From Octopus vulgaris (Eukaryota), in contig OX597835.1 in NCBI GenBank assembly GCA_951406725.2, positions 9,052,001 through 9,116,000 on the forward strand: DNA of 64,000 nucleotides. The letters are read 5' to 3'. This document shows, in pieces, positions 1-13,234 of the stretch. The notes under the pieces are model-generated. The model ran no database searches, was not told the DNA's origin, and was given only the letters and a program-made list of their open reading frames with translations. The translations under genes and the position numbers were made by a program. Numbering within the stretch: position 1 is the stretch's first letter; the number at the start of each line of letters is the position of its first letter.

Positions 1-82
1 CATATTGTGATATTATGTCCATCCGTATTAAACCAATAGAAAATTAGAATGTAGGGTTTAATTCAAGTGTGTATAGTTATTA

Positions 83-455
83 GAATGGTTGTGTACTGTC
101 AATCTAAGGTGAACGTGACAGTAGGGGGTTACATCACCGCTGTTTAGCCCTAGGAAGCATCGAAGCTTCCTGATGGCTTCGACACATTTTTCCTGTGTCC
201 TTATATACATTTACGAAGGGGAGACAAACACCCCCAGCAGCCAGACCTGCAGGTGTGGGTCTCCCCTTCGTAAATGTATATAAGGACACAGGAAAAATGT
301 GTCGAAGCCATCAGGAAGCTTCGATGCTTCCTAGGGCTAAACAGCGGTGATGTAACCCCCTACTGTCACGTTCACGTTAGATTGACAGTATACAACCATT
401 CTATCGCCCCACCACCGTACATATCTCTATGAGAGATTTAGAAATTTGATATTTC
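83..455 (+). mobile_element. Fold-back insertion: ~144-bp inverted arms plus a ~50-bp unpaired tail, with 13-bp TSD; probable Penelope-like inverted pLTR remnant
   Basis: Arms 82-225 and 259-402 are reverse complements with 2 mismatches and a 33-nt loop. TGTATAGTTATTA occurs at 70-82 and 456-468. A homologous copy lies at 47562-47754. Confidence 0.8.
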
Positions 456-645
456 TGTATAGTTATTATTTATATTTAATTAAGGGGAGGACATTCCAAG
501 CAATCTAATACTAGTTATGAATATCGAAATGGTTAAAAGACTAATAAGAATATTTACTTAATGTTAGGGAACATAAAATGTATAAGATAAAAACAAGAAT
601 CAAGTAAAATATATAAAACAAAATAGAGTAAACTGCAAAAATAGA

Positions 646-1064
646 TACTCTTTACTCTTTTACTCTTTTACTTGTTTCAGTCATTTGACTGCGGCCATGC
701 TGGAGCACCGCTTTTAGTTGAGCAACTCGACCCCGGGACTTATTCTTTTTGTAAGCCCAGTACTTATTCTATCGGTCTCTTTTGCCGAACCGCTAAGTAA
801 CGGGGACATAAACACACCAGCATCGGTTGTCAAGCAATGATAGGGGGACAAACACAGACACACAAACAAACACACATACATATATATATATACATATATA
901 CGACAGGCTTCTTTCATTTTCCGTCTACCAAATCCACTCACAAGGCATTGGTCGGCCCGGGGCTATAGCAGAAGACACTTGCCCAAGATGCCACGCAGTG
1001 GGACTGAACCCGGAACCATGTGGTTGGTAAACAAGCTACTTACCACACAGCCACTCCTGCGCCT
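646..1064 (-). mobile_element. tRNA-derived SINE, family A, full length
   Basis: Minus-strand head AGGCGCAGGAGTGGCTGTGTGG...GGTTCAGTCCC, internal (TA/CA)n, tail of (GTAAAAGA)n; many near-identical copies in the window. Confidence 0.9.
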
Positions 1065-2109
1065 ATAGAGAAGAATAAATAAATGAAAAAAGAAGACTTC
1101 CAAAATATTATCTTTTAACCCTTAAATAAATTATTATTGATCTAGACTAATAAAGGTGAAGAGCTATTGGTGGGCAAACATTTAAAAATTTCAGATATGC
1201 AGCGTTGTAAATATGATACCGGATGTAAAAATAGGTTAAGAGGCTCAGGTAAAGAGATGTAGTATTTAACATAAATAAATAAGTATTGAAGGGAATTCTC
1301 TTCTTTTCGGCTCTTTCTCGCTTTTCCTCTCTCTTTCTCTTTCCCTAACTCTATCTCCTAATCACCTACACACGCAAACACACTCCCATTCACGTTCATA
1401 CAAATGTGTGTGAGTGTGTTTATGATATTACATATTTAGTAACATACTGTACGTATAGAAACGTATTCGTTTGTGAAAGCGAATGTGCACTTGTGCATAG
1501 CTTTCTGTATAAGTGTAGTTTACAGTGTCACGTGTAGAGTTTGGCTTCAAATTTAATAAACAAATGAAATTAGAATACGAGTTTATTTATATGTTTTTTT
1601 TTCTATTTCATTGCAATGTCCAATATTTCCTACAACGAATTGTAATTACAGTTATATCAACCCCATGAAAGCCCGTAATAAATATCCCATCCAACAGTTT
1701 ATTCGCTTAAAATCATTAAATATTGAAACGCGGTGCCACTTGCAGAAGAATTATTAAACAGTGTGTATTTAAATATTTATCTCATTGTTATTTAAAATAA
1801 GATTCAGATTGTACCTAATAAAATATGTTAAATTGAATTAAGTTTACAATAGACAATCTTCATTCACTAAAGTTCGGCGATAAAATTATTACCTGTAATA
1901 AATACGGAAAGAAGCATCTGTCAACCCATATATAACATTCCACTGAACATATACAGTGATTGCGAGTACTCAGTTAAATCAACTCCACCATTCTTCTATT
2001 GAATTAGCATCATAAATTAAGAAAACACAGAATTAGCAACATCTGGAAACACAAAGAGAACATCCTAACGTGTTTCAGTGAAAATATACCAAAGACCGAA
2101 TAAACCTGA

Positions 2110-2440
2110 TTTACTCTTTTACTTGTTTCAGTCATTTGACTGCGGCCATGCTGGAGCACCGCCTTTAGTCGAGCAAATCGACCCCGGGACTTATTCTTTG
2201 GAAGCCTAGTACTTATTCTATCGGTCTCTTTTGCCGAACCGCGAAGTGACGGGGACATAAACACACCAGCATCCGTTGTCAAGGAATGCTAGGGGGACAA
2301 ACACAGACACACAAACATACACACACATACATATATATACATATATACGACAGGCTTCTTTCAGTTTTCGTCTACCAAATCCACTCACAAGGCTTTGGTC
2401 GGCCTGGGGCTATAGCAGAAGATACTTGCCCAAGATGCCA
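2110..2440 (-). mobile_element. SINE family A, 5'-truncated
   Basis: Matches the 3' three-quarters of 646-1064. Confidence 0.9.
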
Positions 2441-2542
2441 GCAAATAGTTCCCTTTTTATTTCTACCGTATCAGCCTCCGTTACCTCCCTATCTCTATAA
2501 AAATTGCAACAACATAGATTAATTTATATTAGTAAATTTATT

Positions 2543-2757
2543 AAGGCTGGAAGCTGGTAGAATCTTTAACATTCCAGGGTAAATGCTTAACGGCATTTCG
2601 TCCGTTTTTAGGTCCTGGATTCAACTTCCGGCTAGGTCGAAGTGTACCGTTCATTACATTGGGGTCAATAAAACAATTACCAGTTGAGCACTGGGGTTGA
2701 TGTAATGGAATTACCCCGTTCTCTGAACCTGCTGACCTATTGACAAAATTTGAAACA
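2543..2757 (+). mobile_element. Old diverged SINE related to family B
   Basis: Degenerate match to the family B head and core (AAGGCTGGAAGCTGGTAGAATC...CACTGGGGTTGATGTAAT). Confidence 0.6.
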
Positions 2758-3028
2758 ATGTTAGGTAATTCCATTACGTTGTAAAGGGATAGTAATCAAA
2801 TAACCACCTAAATATTGGTATGGAAACAGAAAGCCTTTTATCAAAAGAATTTTTTAAGAAGTATAAAATTTTCATCATACAACTGTATGACTAAATACGT
2901 TCGCTTTGCAACCACCTTGTACGGCTTGATTTTAAGACTATGAAAATGCTCCTGCGACCAGAGCTTCAAATATTGCTCTCGCTTACGAATGTCATATGAA
3001 TGTGTCTAGTTGATGGAAGCCCATCCTG

Positions 3029-3137
<109 letters not shown>

Positions 3138-3163
3138 ATATATGTGTATATATATATATATAT

Positions 3164-3461
3164 ATCAGGTGACCGACCAGACCATCAGATGTTGCTACAC
3201 ATCGCTGGTCACAATGCGTTTGCATTGGTTTAGCCTTCGAACGACGCCACCACGCGGACTAGGCGAGCAGGCCAACAGAAGAAAGAGTGGGAGAAAGAGT
3301 GGTGAAAGAGTACAGCAGGGATCACCACTCCATGCCGGACCCTCGTGGAGCTATTTTAGGTGTTTTTCGCTCAATAAACACACACAACGCCCGGTCTGGG
3401 AATCGAAACCGCGATCCTCCGACCGCTAGTCCACTGCCCTAACCACTGGGCCATTGCGCCT

Positions 3462-3465
<4 letters not shown>
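3164..3465 (-). mobile_element. tRNA-derived SINE, family C
   Basis: Head GGAGGCGCAATGGCCCAGTGG (A-box)...GGTTTCGATTCCC (B-box); head shared with 9393-9690; sits between (TA)n and (CA)n. Confidence 0.85.
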
Positions 3466-3536
<71 letters not shown>

Positions 3537-3666
3537 CTGGATGCGTGACGTTCAATTATATAATAATAATGAATAATATATACATATATACATACACACA
3601 CACACGCACATATCGTCATTTACGACGACGAGGGTTCCAGTTGATTCGCTCAACGGAACAGCCTGC

Positions 3667-3888
3667 TTGTCTGGGAGGCACTGGAAGTTGCTCAGAGTTG
3701 CTGCTCTCCACGTTAAAGTTGATGAGATAATGCGAGCCAGGCTTCTAGAGATTATTTATGGGAAACCATTCACAACCCTTCAGCAAATGAAGGGGGGCTT
3801 AGAGGCAGCATTGCTCGGAAAACCGCCCGCTTCTGTGTCTGCTATCTCACGGGATCTCGATGTGATGCTGATAACTATGAAGTTGCAA
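3667..3888 (+). mobile_element. Fragment of IS630/Tc1-like transposase N-terminal HTH region
   Basis: Peptide HVKVDEIMRARLLEII...FTTLQQMKGGLEAALLGKPPASVSAISRDLDVMLITMKL resembles the winged-HTH segment preceding Tc1/IS630 DDE domains. Recognised by eye; no DDE domain follows. Confidence 0.5.
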
Positions 3889-4450
3889 CTTTTCTTACGC
3901 ATATTCAAAACGCTTCCTGTAAACGAAATGAAGGACATATATATATAAATATATATATAAAATGAATATAAATATATATATAAAATGAATAAAAGAATGG
4001 AGTCGAACATTTTAAATATTACACAAATTACCACACAAGAACACTGAATTTCTACCCTTGGCATGTAGCTTCAACCGTGTTTTCTGACGTGAATTTGCTA
4101 CCCAGGTATCGGTTAACCGAATTATCAATACTAGGATAATCCATTCACCTACTTATATATATATATATACATACATACATACACACACATACATATACTA
4201 CATACACACACACGCACACATATGTATTGGAATACGCCATACGGTAGTAAGTCACGGGTATAGGTAAGAGGTCAAAAGTGGCAGTGGTGTCAATGAGATT
4301 GACTTCAGTGTATGATGAATAAGTGCTGACGTGAACGCAATCCAATTACTAAAAGCAGTAAAGTAGAAAATGGTGGAAGACTAGCGATGCAGTTTGATTT
4401 AACATCAGAAACATAGAAGCAGAAGAAAGATCACAATATTAACCGCCATG

Positions 4451-4482
4451 GTGACGATGATGATGTTAATATGATGATGGTA

Positions 4483-4536
<54 letters not shown>

Positions 4537-4544
4537 GCGATGGC

Positions 4545-4575
<31 letters not shown>

Positions 4576-4593
4576 GCGATGGCGATGATGATG

Positions 4594-4685
<92 letters not shown>

Positions 4686-4760
4686 AGCGATGATGATGAT
4701 GGTGATGATGATGATGATGATGATGATGACGATGATGATGTTAATATGATAACGGTAATA

Positions 4761-4790
<30 letters not shown>
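4451..4790 (+). repeat. (ATG)n trinucleotide microsatellite
   Basis: Direct reading; explains the poly-Met ORF. Confidence 0.95.
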
Positions 4791-4791
<1 letters not shown>

Positions 4792-5854
4792 CATCGTCGT
4801 CGATGTCAACATCATCGTCCCCAGCCTCACCACATTGTCATCTTAATTATGTCCCTCATCAATTATCAGACGGAATGCGCAATGAAGAAATATATTTCGG
4901 ATGGCGCCAAATGGAAGTTATTGGTTTCCGTCTAACCAGTAATTCCGATGTGATTGACGCGTTAAGGATATCGGTATAAGTTAACGGAAGGAGGTGTAAG
5001 AGGATATTAGAAGAACAGCCGAAGGGTTTTGTATATGGATGGAAAAGTGGGGGTGGGTGGAGGAATCAGCAGCAACGGCAACAATAACAACAACAACAAC
5101 ATGAACTACACAGCGATGACGGCTTTGATGGTGATATGGAGCGAAGCAAAAAAAGAAGAAAGGATGAAATCGAAAATGAAGAACACGGATGAAGAACAAG
5201 AACGTAATTATCAGGTTGTATACGATGAAGAGTATTATGATAAAGATGATGACGATGAGGAGGAGGAGGAGGAGGAGGCGGAGGCGGAGGTGGTGGTGGT
5301 GGTGGTGATGGTGGTGGGAGGATGGTTGGGGTGATGGTGATTATCATGATCACGATACGATGGTGATGGTGGTGGTGGTGGTGTTGGTGGTAATGGTGGT
5401 GGTGGTGGTGGTGGTGGTGGTGGTGGCGGTGATGATGATGATCTTCATCATGCTGACGACGGTGATGACAATGATGAGATAGAAGAAGAAGGACAGCAAA
5501 AACATGACGTCCCAGAGGTTGATGATTGATCTTGTATTGATGTTGAAACTTTAGGAAATCAATCGCAATGATAATGATGATGATGAGGAGGAGGAGGAAG
5601 CAGAGAGGGAAGCGGGGGAAGAAGAGCAAGGACAAACAGGAGTCAGACTACGAAGAAGACTGCAACAATGGCGATGACGCTGACGTTTATGGCTGTTGAG
5701 CTTTTGCTGCTCGTGTCGTGGGCGCGGCATGTTGATGGAGGTGGTCGTATCAGGAGAACTTATTATGACACTAATGTTATAGCTATTTGCATAGAGTAAT
5801 GTTTCTTCATTAACATCATCGTCTAGGCACCAATCTTATCCACCCCCTCAGAAC

Positions 5855-5857
5855 CAC

Positions 5858-5889
<32 letters not shown>

Positions 5890-5971
5890 ACATCATCATC
5901 ACCATCATCATCATCATTAACCATTAATCATCATCATCATCATCATCAACCATCATCATCATCATCATCAA

Positions 5972-6021
<50 letters not shown>

Positions 6022-6022
6022 A

Positions 6023-6076
<54 letters not shown>

Positions 6077-6120
6077 GCTCATCATCATCATCATCATTAA
6101 TCATGCTCATCATCATCGTC
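5855..6120 (+). repeat. (CAT)n trinucleotide microsatellite
   Basis: Direct reading. Confidence 0.95.
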
Positions 6121-6678
6121 ATTACTACCAGCATTTTCATCGTCATCATTATCAACATCAACACCATCGTTAATATCATCGCTGACAACAACATTACTAT
6201 CATCAACACCAACAACAACAACAACAACAACAACAACGACAATTCACACGTGACCGTCGTCTCCCATTAGGATGTTGTCATCTTCGTCAACGTCACCCAA
6301 TTTGGCTGTCAGCTTGATACGACAGCAACTGGCAGACTTGCTTAGATATGTTAGTCATTCACGTTGTGTAATTGCATAATTAAATATTGAACAGAAGATT
6401 AATCAATAAGCCAGAAGAGATAGGAAGATATTATCAAACAGTAATAGGCTAATCACTGATAAGAGAAGCCATTTTCCTGAAGGTATAATCAAAAATTTGA
6501 ATATTTTCAGCAGGAATGAATATAAACTTATTACAACTATACACTCATACTCGCAAACATACAGGCACACACTGACGCAAACACACAAAAACACACATAC
6601 AAGCATACCCAGACTTACCGTAATGAACATCAAGTCATACAAACACACACACACACATATATACACACACCCACCCCC

Positions 6679-6951
<273 letters not shown>

Positions 6952-7251
6952 CATTAATCTCAAGAAGCGCTCAATTCTTTCTAGTAGACGACATGTTTAT
7001 CAAAATACCCATCAAGAGGTTGTCTGTAAATTGAAAATGTCGGTTTCACAGCTGTCATCAGACATTCTATTCACGTCCGCTAACTTGAAGCTTCAAATTC
7101 GATCAGTTTTGGATATATCTATGTGTCTATGTATCTGTCTCTGTATGTATTTATCTGTTTATCTATCTGTCTATGTCTCACTCTTTCCGCTGCCCTAACC
7201 ACTGGGTCATTGTACCTCCACATGTATGTATATATATATATGTGTGTATGA

Positions 7252-7484
7252 AAGGCGGCGAGCTGGCAGAAACGTTAGCACACCGGGCGAAATGCGTAGC
7301 CGTATTTCGTCTGCCGTTACGTTCTGAATTCAAATTCCGCCGAGGACGACTTTGCCTTTCATTCTTTCGGGGTCGATAAATTAAATACCAGATACGGACT
7401 GGGGTCGATGTAATCGACTTAATCCCTTTGTTTGTCCTTGTCTGTCCCCTCTGTGTTTAGCCCCTTGTGGGTAGTAAAGGAAAA
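7252..7484 (+). mobile_element. tRNA-derived SINE, family B (Meta/MESC-like core)
   Basis: Head AAGGCGGCGAGCTGGCAGAA, B-box-like GAGTTCAAATTCC in the family (GAATTCAAATTCC here), core GACTTTGCCTTTCAT..TTTCGGGGTCGATAAA resembling the MetaSINE domain. Confidence 0.9.
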
Positions 7485-7970
7485 TATATATGTGTATGCA
7501 TGCATGTATGTACAGGTGTGTTCTCACAAACTATACGTTGCAGCACTTAAATTCAACTACTGATTGAAAATGCAGGGACATTCGTTTGTCAAACTTGATA
7601 TATATATACTTCCAACATAAATCGTGTCCTCAAGAATTCATAATAAATTAGTAGATTATAATCACTAGACAATCCTACACGTTGCAGAGCTTCAAATCAG
7701 AGGTGCGTTGTGGCCTTTGCTTCAGTGAAAAACTTTCAGTTTTATTTGAAATAAACTTTTGAATGAGACGACGAAACTATCAACACTTTGAATGCATCTT
7801 GATAAGCACTATTTATGTGATGACCAGTCTCACTTTTCCAGACACTTTGTGGAGAATTATTCGTTGCCGAATTGTTTTGAAAAACTAAGTTACTGAAGCA
7901 ACGAAATGTCATGAAAAAACTTTTTTGATTGATTTCTCTTTTATGTAGGTTAAAAGCGGAATGGAATGAA

Positions 7971-8384
7971 GAGTGGCTGTGTGGTAAGTAGCTTGTTAAC
8001 CAACCACATGGTTCCGGGTTCAGTCTCACTGCGTGGCATCTTGGGCAAGTGTCTTCTACTATAGCCCCGGGCCGACCAATGCATTGTGAGTGGATTTGGT
8101 AGACGGAAACTGAAGGAAGCCTGTCGTATATATGTATGTATATATATATGTATGTGTGTGTGTGTCTGTGTTTGTCCCCCTAGCATTGCTTGACAACCGA
8201 AGCTGGTGTGTTTACGTCCCCGTCACATAGCGGTTCGGCAAAAGAGACCGATAGAATAAGTACTGGGCTTACAAAGAATAAGTCCCGGGGTCGATTTGCT
8301 CGATTAAAGGCGGTGCGCCAGCATGGCCGCAGTCGAATGACTGAAACATGTAAAAGAGTAAAAGAGTAAAAAGAGTAAAGAGTA
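7971..8384 (+). mobile_element. SINE family A
   Basis: Near-identical to the other family A copies; (GTAAAAGA)n tail. Confidence 0.9.
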
Positions 8385-9058
8385 TTTCAAAGGGTGCCAA
8401 AATCGTTCACAATCTTTTATTTTTGAAATCTGTAACGTTTGCTTCATCATTTGTTTTCTCTGTTGCATAGTAACACAGGGACATAATGAAAAAATATGAG
8501 CCGTATAAAAGCAGAATTTTAGCCCTTTTGCGAAATGTGTCTGTTTTAATATTCTTAACATTATTAACTTTCAGAATATTTCCTACGTCACTACACATTT
8601 GAGTTAAATATCAAAGGATTCTGACAATAATCCCCTTTAATTATTCTGATGTCGCTGTATACAGCCAACGGCTTTCTTATAAACATCTACAGAGAATATG
8701 TCTCATTAAGAAGTAAATATAATATAATGTAACAATTACCATAAGCATAGAATTTGTTAATAGCATTAATTAATTAATGGAACCGAGCTAATCGGCATGC
8801 TGCAACATTCACTCAAATATGATAATTGAATTAATAATTGACAAATTTGTGTCTCTGGGGTTTTGTTCAGTCACTGCTCTGTTTTCGTGTGCTTTTTTAT
8901 TCATTACTGTAGGGAAAAAAGTATATATTAATAACAAATCCCAGATGACAGTGAGTTTGATTATAAACTTGCTGGAAAAAAACCATATTTTGTTTACTAT
9001 CTTAATTCTTGTATTAATTAACCATTCTTCTACAAACAGTTTGTATTACCTCCAGTAT

Positions 9059-9287
9059 CGAGCTGGCAGAAACTTTAGCGCGCATGGCGAAATGCTTAGC
9101 GGTATTTCGTCTGTCTTCATGTTCTGAGTTCAAATTCCGTCGAGGTCGACTTTGCCTTTCATCCTTTCGGGGTCGATAAATCAAGTACCATTTACGCACT
9201 GGGGTCGATGTAATAGACTTAATCCGTTTGTCTGTCCTTGTTTGTCCCCCTCCCTGTGTTTAGCCCCTTGTGGGTAGTAAAGAAATA
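9059..9287 (+). mobile_element. SINE family B
   Basis: Matches 7252-7484. Confidence 0.9.
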
Positions 9288-9392
9288 AGTACTATATAAC
9301 TTACCTTTATAGCAAGAGTGACAGGCGATATCTACAACTTCCAAAAGTTGTACATATCTACATTCTAAAGATAGAGTTTTGTATATTTGTTA

Positions 9393-9690
9393 GCGGAGGT
9401 GCAATGGCCCAGTGATTAGGGCAGCGAGCTCGTGGTCGGAGGATCGTGGTTTCGATTCCCCGACCGGGCGTTGTGTGTGTTTATTGAGCGAAAATACATA
9501 AAAGCTCCACGAGGTTCTGGCAGGGGGGCGGCAAACCTTGTTGTACTCTTTCGCTACAACTATCTCTCACTCTCTCTTCCTGTTTCTTGAGTAACGCTGC
9601 GATGGACTGGCGTACCCTCTAGGTGGGGGTAACACATCCGCAACAGAAAACGGGAAAACGGGCCCATGAGCCTGGCTAGGCTTGAAAAGG
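9393..9690 (+). mobile_element. SINE with family C head and a different 3' half
   Basis: 5' ~190 nt match 3164-3465; 3' half GCTGCGATGGACTGGCGT... differs and resembles V-SINE bodies. Confidence 0.8.
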
Positions 9691-10160
9691 TCGACGTTTG
9701 TCGTTTATATTTGTTAGAAGCCAGTTCTTTCTTCAGACGAAGAATGCAAATAATTTTAAACAGTCGAGAACTGAAAGAACATACATACACGTATCAATGC
9801 TTTTGCGTGTATATGTGTGCGTATATGTGTGTGCACGCGTGTGTGTACGTGTGTGTATAATTGCTTTCTAGCTGTCGCTGACCTCTGTTCATATCTAGTC
9901 GAGGTCAACATAATGTTTTTAGTTTTTTAGATCAATAAATAATTACCAGTCCCATCTCTCTCTCTCTCTCTCTCTCTAACTCTCTCTCTCTAACTCTCTC
10001 TCTCTTTCTCTCTCGCTCTCTCCATATATCTATCTTTCTATCTATCTTATCTATCTTCCCACACATCCGGATTCTCCACCTAATTCTAATGACCAGCAAT
10101 GGTAAATAATGTTACACCTATTCTACTTCATAAAAAATTTAATGTGGATACACACTGAAG

Positions 10161-10214
<54 letters not shown>

Positions 10215-11741
10215 TTTCCCTCTTACAATCTCCTGCCTCCTACTGCTGTAACTTCTCTTTCTCTCTTACACTTCCTCACGAATATGCTTTACTACGCTTT
10301 CTTTCCTGCCATCTCTAACTATTACTCTGTCCCTCACAACACCAGGGAACTCAAACAGACCACCAGGTCATATTTTCTCTCTGGTTATGTCTTGTCTTTT
10401 TTAGGTGATCATCGCCAGGTCAAATTTAATTAACACTCTGTCCAAAATCTCATTAATTCATTAAATTAGATCTTTTCTTCCTTTTCGCTAGGCTGAGGGT
10501 AACCTGAATAGCATGGACAGAGGGAGGTACAGGTGTTATTGTGGGACAACGTGGTCACCCTGTCTCTCTCTCTGTCAGAAATAGCAGCCAGATTACCCTC
10601 AAATCACTCCCTACTGTTTCTTAGAAAAGACGAATTTGCTGATGTATTTCTTGACTGCGGCCATGCTGGAGTGCCATCTTATATATACATGTATGTATAT
10701 ATATGTATACGTGTATCTATGTATGTATAAGTATACATATATATAAATACATATATTTTCATATATATATATATATATAAAATACAAAAATGGTACAGGA
10801 ACACAAAACATCTAGACAGACAATGCAACAAAATAAGGGCGGGTCATTCGGAGTGTTCCTTTCTTCAGTCGAGTCCCAGATTATCTTTGCAATTTCGGCT
10901 AGTTATACCAGAGATTGCATCAAACTGGCCAGCCCCAAGGAAAACTGATCCAAGAGCATTAGATTCATCGGAAGATAGCAGCGAATGTATACGAAAACAA
11001 GAACGGAAAACACGGAGAAATATTACAGAGATACAAATGCAAATAACAGGACATAACAACAGGTGTCATTCGACTACGGGCGAATTAAATTAAGCTGACG
11101 TGTGTGGAAGTAAAGACTTACAGCAGAGACATAACATTTGACAGGCACAGGGAGGAATATAGATGTTGCACGGACCGTAGTCGAACCAAGAAATAAAGGT
11201 CAGGCTTAGTCGAACACCAGTCATGTGGGGAGAGAAACGAGAGAGTTACAGGCAAAGGGATAGAAAAATTAAGGAGGGTCGAGAAAAAAGTGAAATATGT
11301 ATGTATACATTTGTGAATTTGCGTCTGCGTTCCCCCACCACCATCACATGGCAACCTATGTTGATGTCTTTACGTCACTGCAACATAGCTGTCAGGAAGA
11401 AGAGACCGATAGAATAAGTAGTAGGCATACAAAAATACGTCTTGGGGTTGATTTGTTCAGTAAACCCACTTAAGATGGCACTCCAGCATGGCCGCAGTCA
11501 AGTGTCTGAGACAATGAAATGAATATAAGAATAAGAGAATAAAAGAATGACCTATGTATATCTGTAATCTGACCTTTGCTATGAAGAGAGAAAATCTATA
11601 TTTCTATCAGATTATCTTGGAAATTTCCTAATGAAATTTTTAAACTCATCCATTCGGGTGACTTCGAAAGCTTGTCTTTATTTCTCGTGTCGATAACCGA
11701 TAAGCATATCCAACAGAATCTGTACAACTGACTATCACTAG

Positions 11742-12112
11742 TCTCTCTCTATATAAAGCTGAAGTTGTCCGTGTGTGGCAGGTTTGGTAGCCTTCAACTA
11801 AAACTATCTCCTCCAAGACCCTGTGCCACAAGTTGACCAAAATTGAGAGTATCATAGAAGAAGACTTGCTCTTCCTTTCATAGAAGAAAAAAATCAAATC
11901 GGACCATGTTAACACCAAAAATTATTTACATCAAAAAGGTGCTTTTTTAACGATTTTTTTACTGCTGTGTCGCCATTTTTCGGTGTATTTCAACCAGAAA
12001 AATGTTCACTTAAAGAGAATAACAAGCTACATAAAGCAAAATTTTTACTTTTCAAAAATTCCAATTGTAAAGGGCCGAAACAAGCCTGAACAACGCCGGG
12101 CGATACTGCTAG
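11742..12112 (+). mobile_element. Non-autonomous Helitron-like element
   Basis: 5' TCTCTCT..ATATAAAG; 3' GC hairpin GCCTG(12084-88)/CGGGC(12097-101), then 7 nt, then CTAG (12109-12112) followed by T. Confidence 0.7.
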
Positions 12113-13000
12113 TAATACATAATGATACTGATGCTCACGGTGGGAGTGGCCTATATCCTTCCCAACTGTCGCAATGGCTTCTGTTCATGAATTCATGAGT
12201 TTCACTTTAATCGGTGCGTTGTAGGCAACGAAAAGCAATAAACTTTGCTTTTTTTCCTAACAGAACGGCTAATCTACAGGAAAAAATATTACTTCTCTCT
12301 GTGCGTCACACCTTTGAAAAGTAAATCAAACGTTAACCAACAGTTAATGCAAAAACAATAACAAACAACAACGCCAGCAACAGAGAGATGATAAATGGCC
12401 TATATACGTAACATGTATTCAAAATAGGTGGCTGCCATGCGAATATAAAAAAAAAGAACGTCTTTCATATGTTGATGTGATTATTAGATTTAACTTTATA
12501 GAATCCTGGAATTGATCGAAGTATTATACCCAGAAATATCTCACACACAATTGTATAAACTGCAAGTCAACAGCATCAACATATCATAGAACTCTGCTTT
12601 GTTCAAACTGTTCCTCTGTAATATTTTGTAGTTAGACACATAAAATTGTCATAAAATATCCCTAAAGCACCGACACCGACATTCACAGAGTGAAACATGC
12701 AAACAGGTAGATTCTGTTGAGTGTTTATTACTAAAATATTTCGATTAATCCAAGTTTTAACACAATTAAGTGAATGTGCACATAAGAGAAAACAGAGTCG
12801 CACCTCGTTTTTGTTTCGCTTAGTTTTAGCTAATATATCCATTCAAACTTTACCGATCATTGATTTTAATTCCAATATATCGAACTAAACGAAACTATTG
12901 ATTGATTCTTCGTCGACCTCAACGGTGATCGTTGAGTTGTTCAACCAAATGAATCATTAACTCTGAAATTAAAGCGTAAGAAAATGAGTATTCCACAATA

Positions 13001-13234
13001 TTATTTCTTTATTGCCCACAAGCGGCTAAACATAGAGGAGACAAACAAGGACAGACAAAGGGATTTTATCGATTACATCGACCCCAGTACGTAACTGGTA
13101 ATTAATTCGTCGACTCCGAAAGGATGAAAGGCAAAGTCGACCTCGGCGGAATTTGAACTCAGAACGTAGCAACAGACGAAATACTGCTGATCATTTCGCC
13201 CGCCGTGCTAACGTTTCTGCCAGCTCGCCGCCTT
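13001..13234 (-). mobile_element. SINE family B
   Basis: Reverse-complement match to family B. Confidence 0.9.

Noticed and set aside
714-1030. Recurring ORFs such as MLGGQTQTH.. and MRKWYLIYRPRKDERQ..
   Set aside because: Read-through of SINE families A and B, not a gene family.
4471-5635. Poly-M, poly-H/P and poly-D/E ORFs
   Set aside because: Translations of trinucleotide microsatellites; no domain or splice support.
10830-10945. Possible hammerhead on the minus strand (UUGAUGC..GAAA-UUGCAA; CUGAAGA..GAAU)
   Set aside because: Neither register gives a complete core with an NUH site and stem I; probably a repeat fragment of unknown class.
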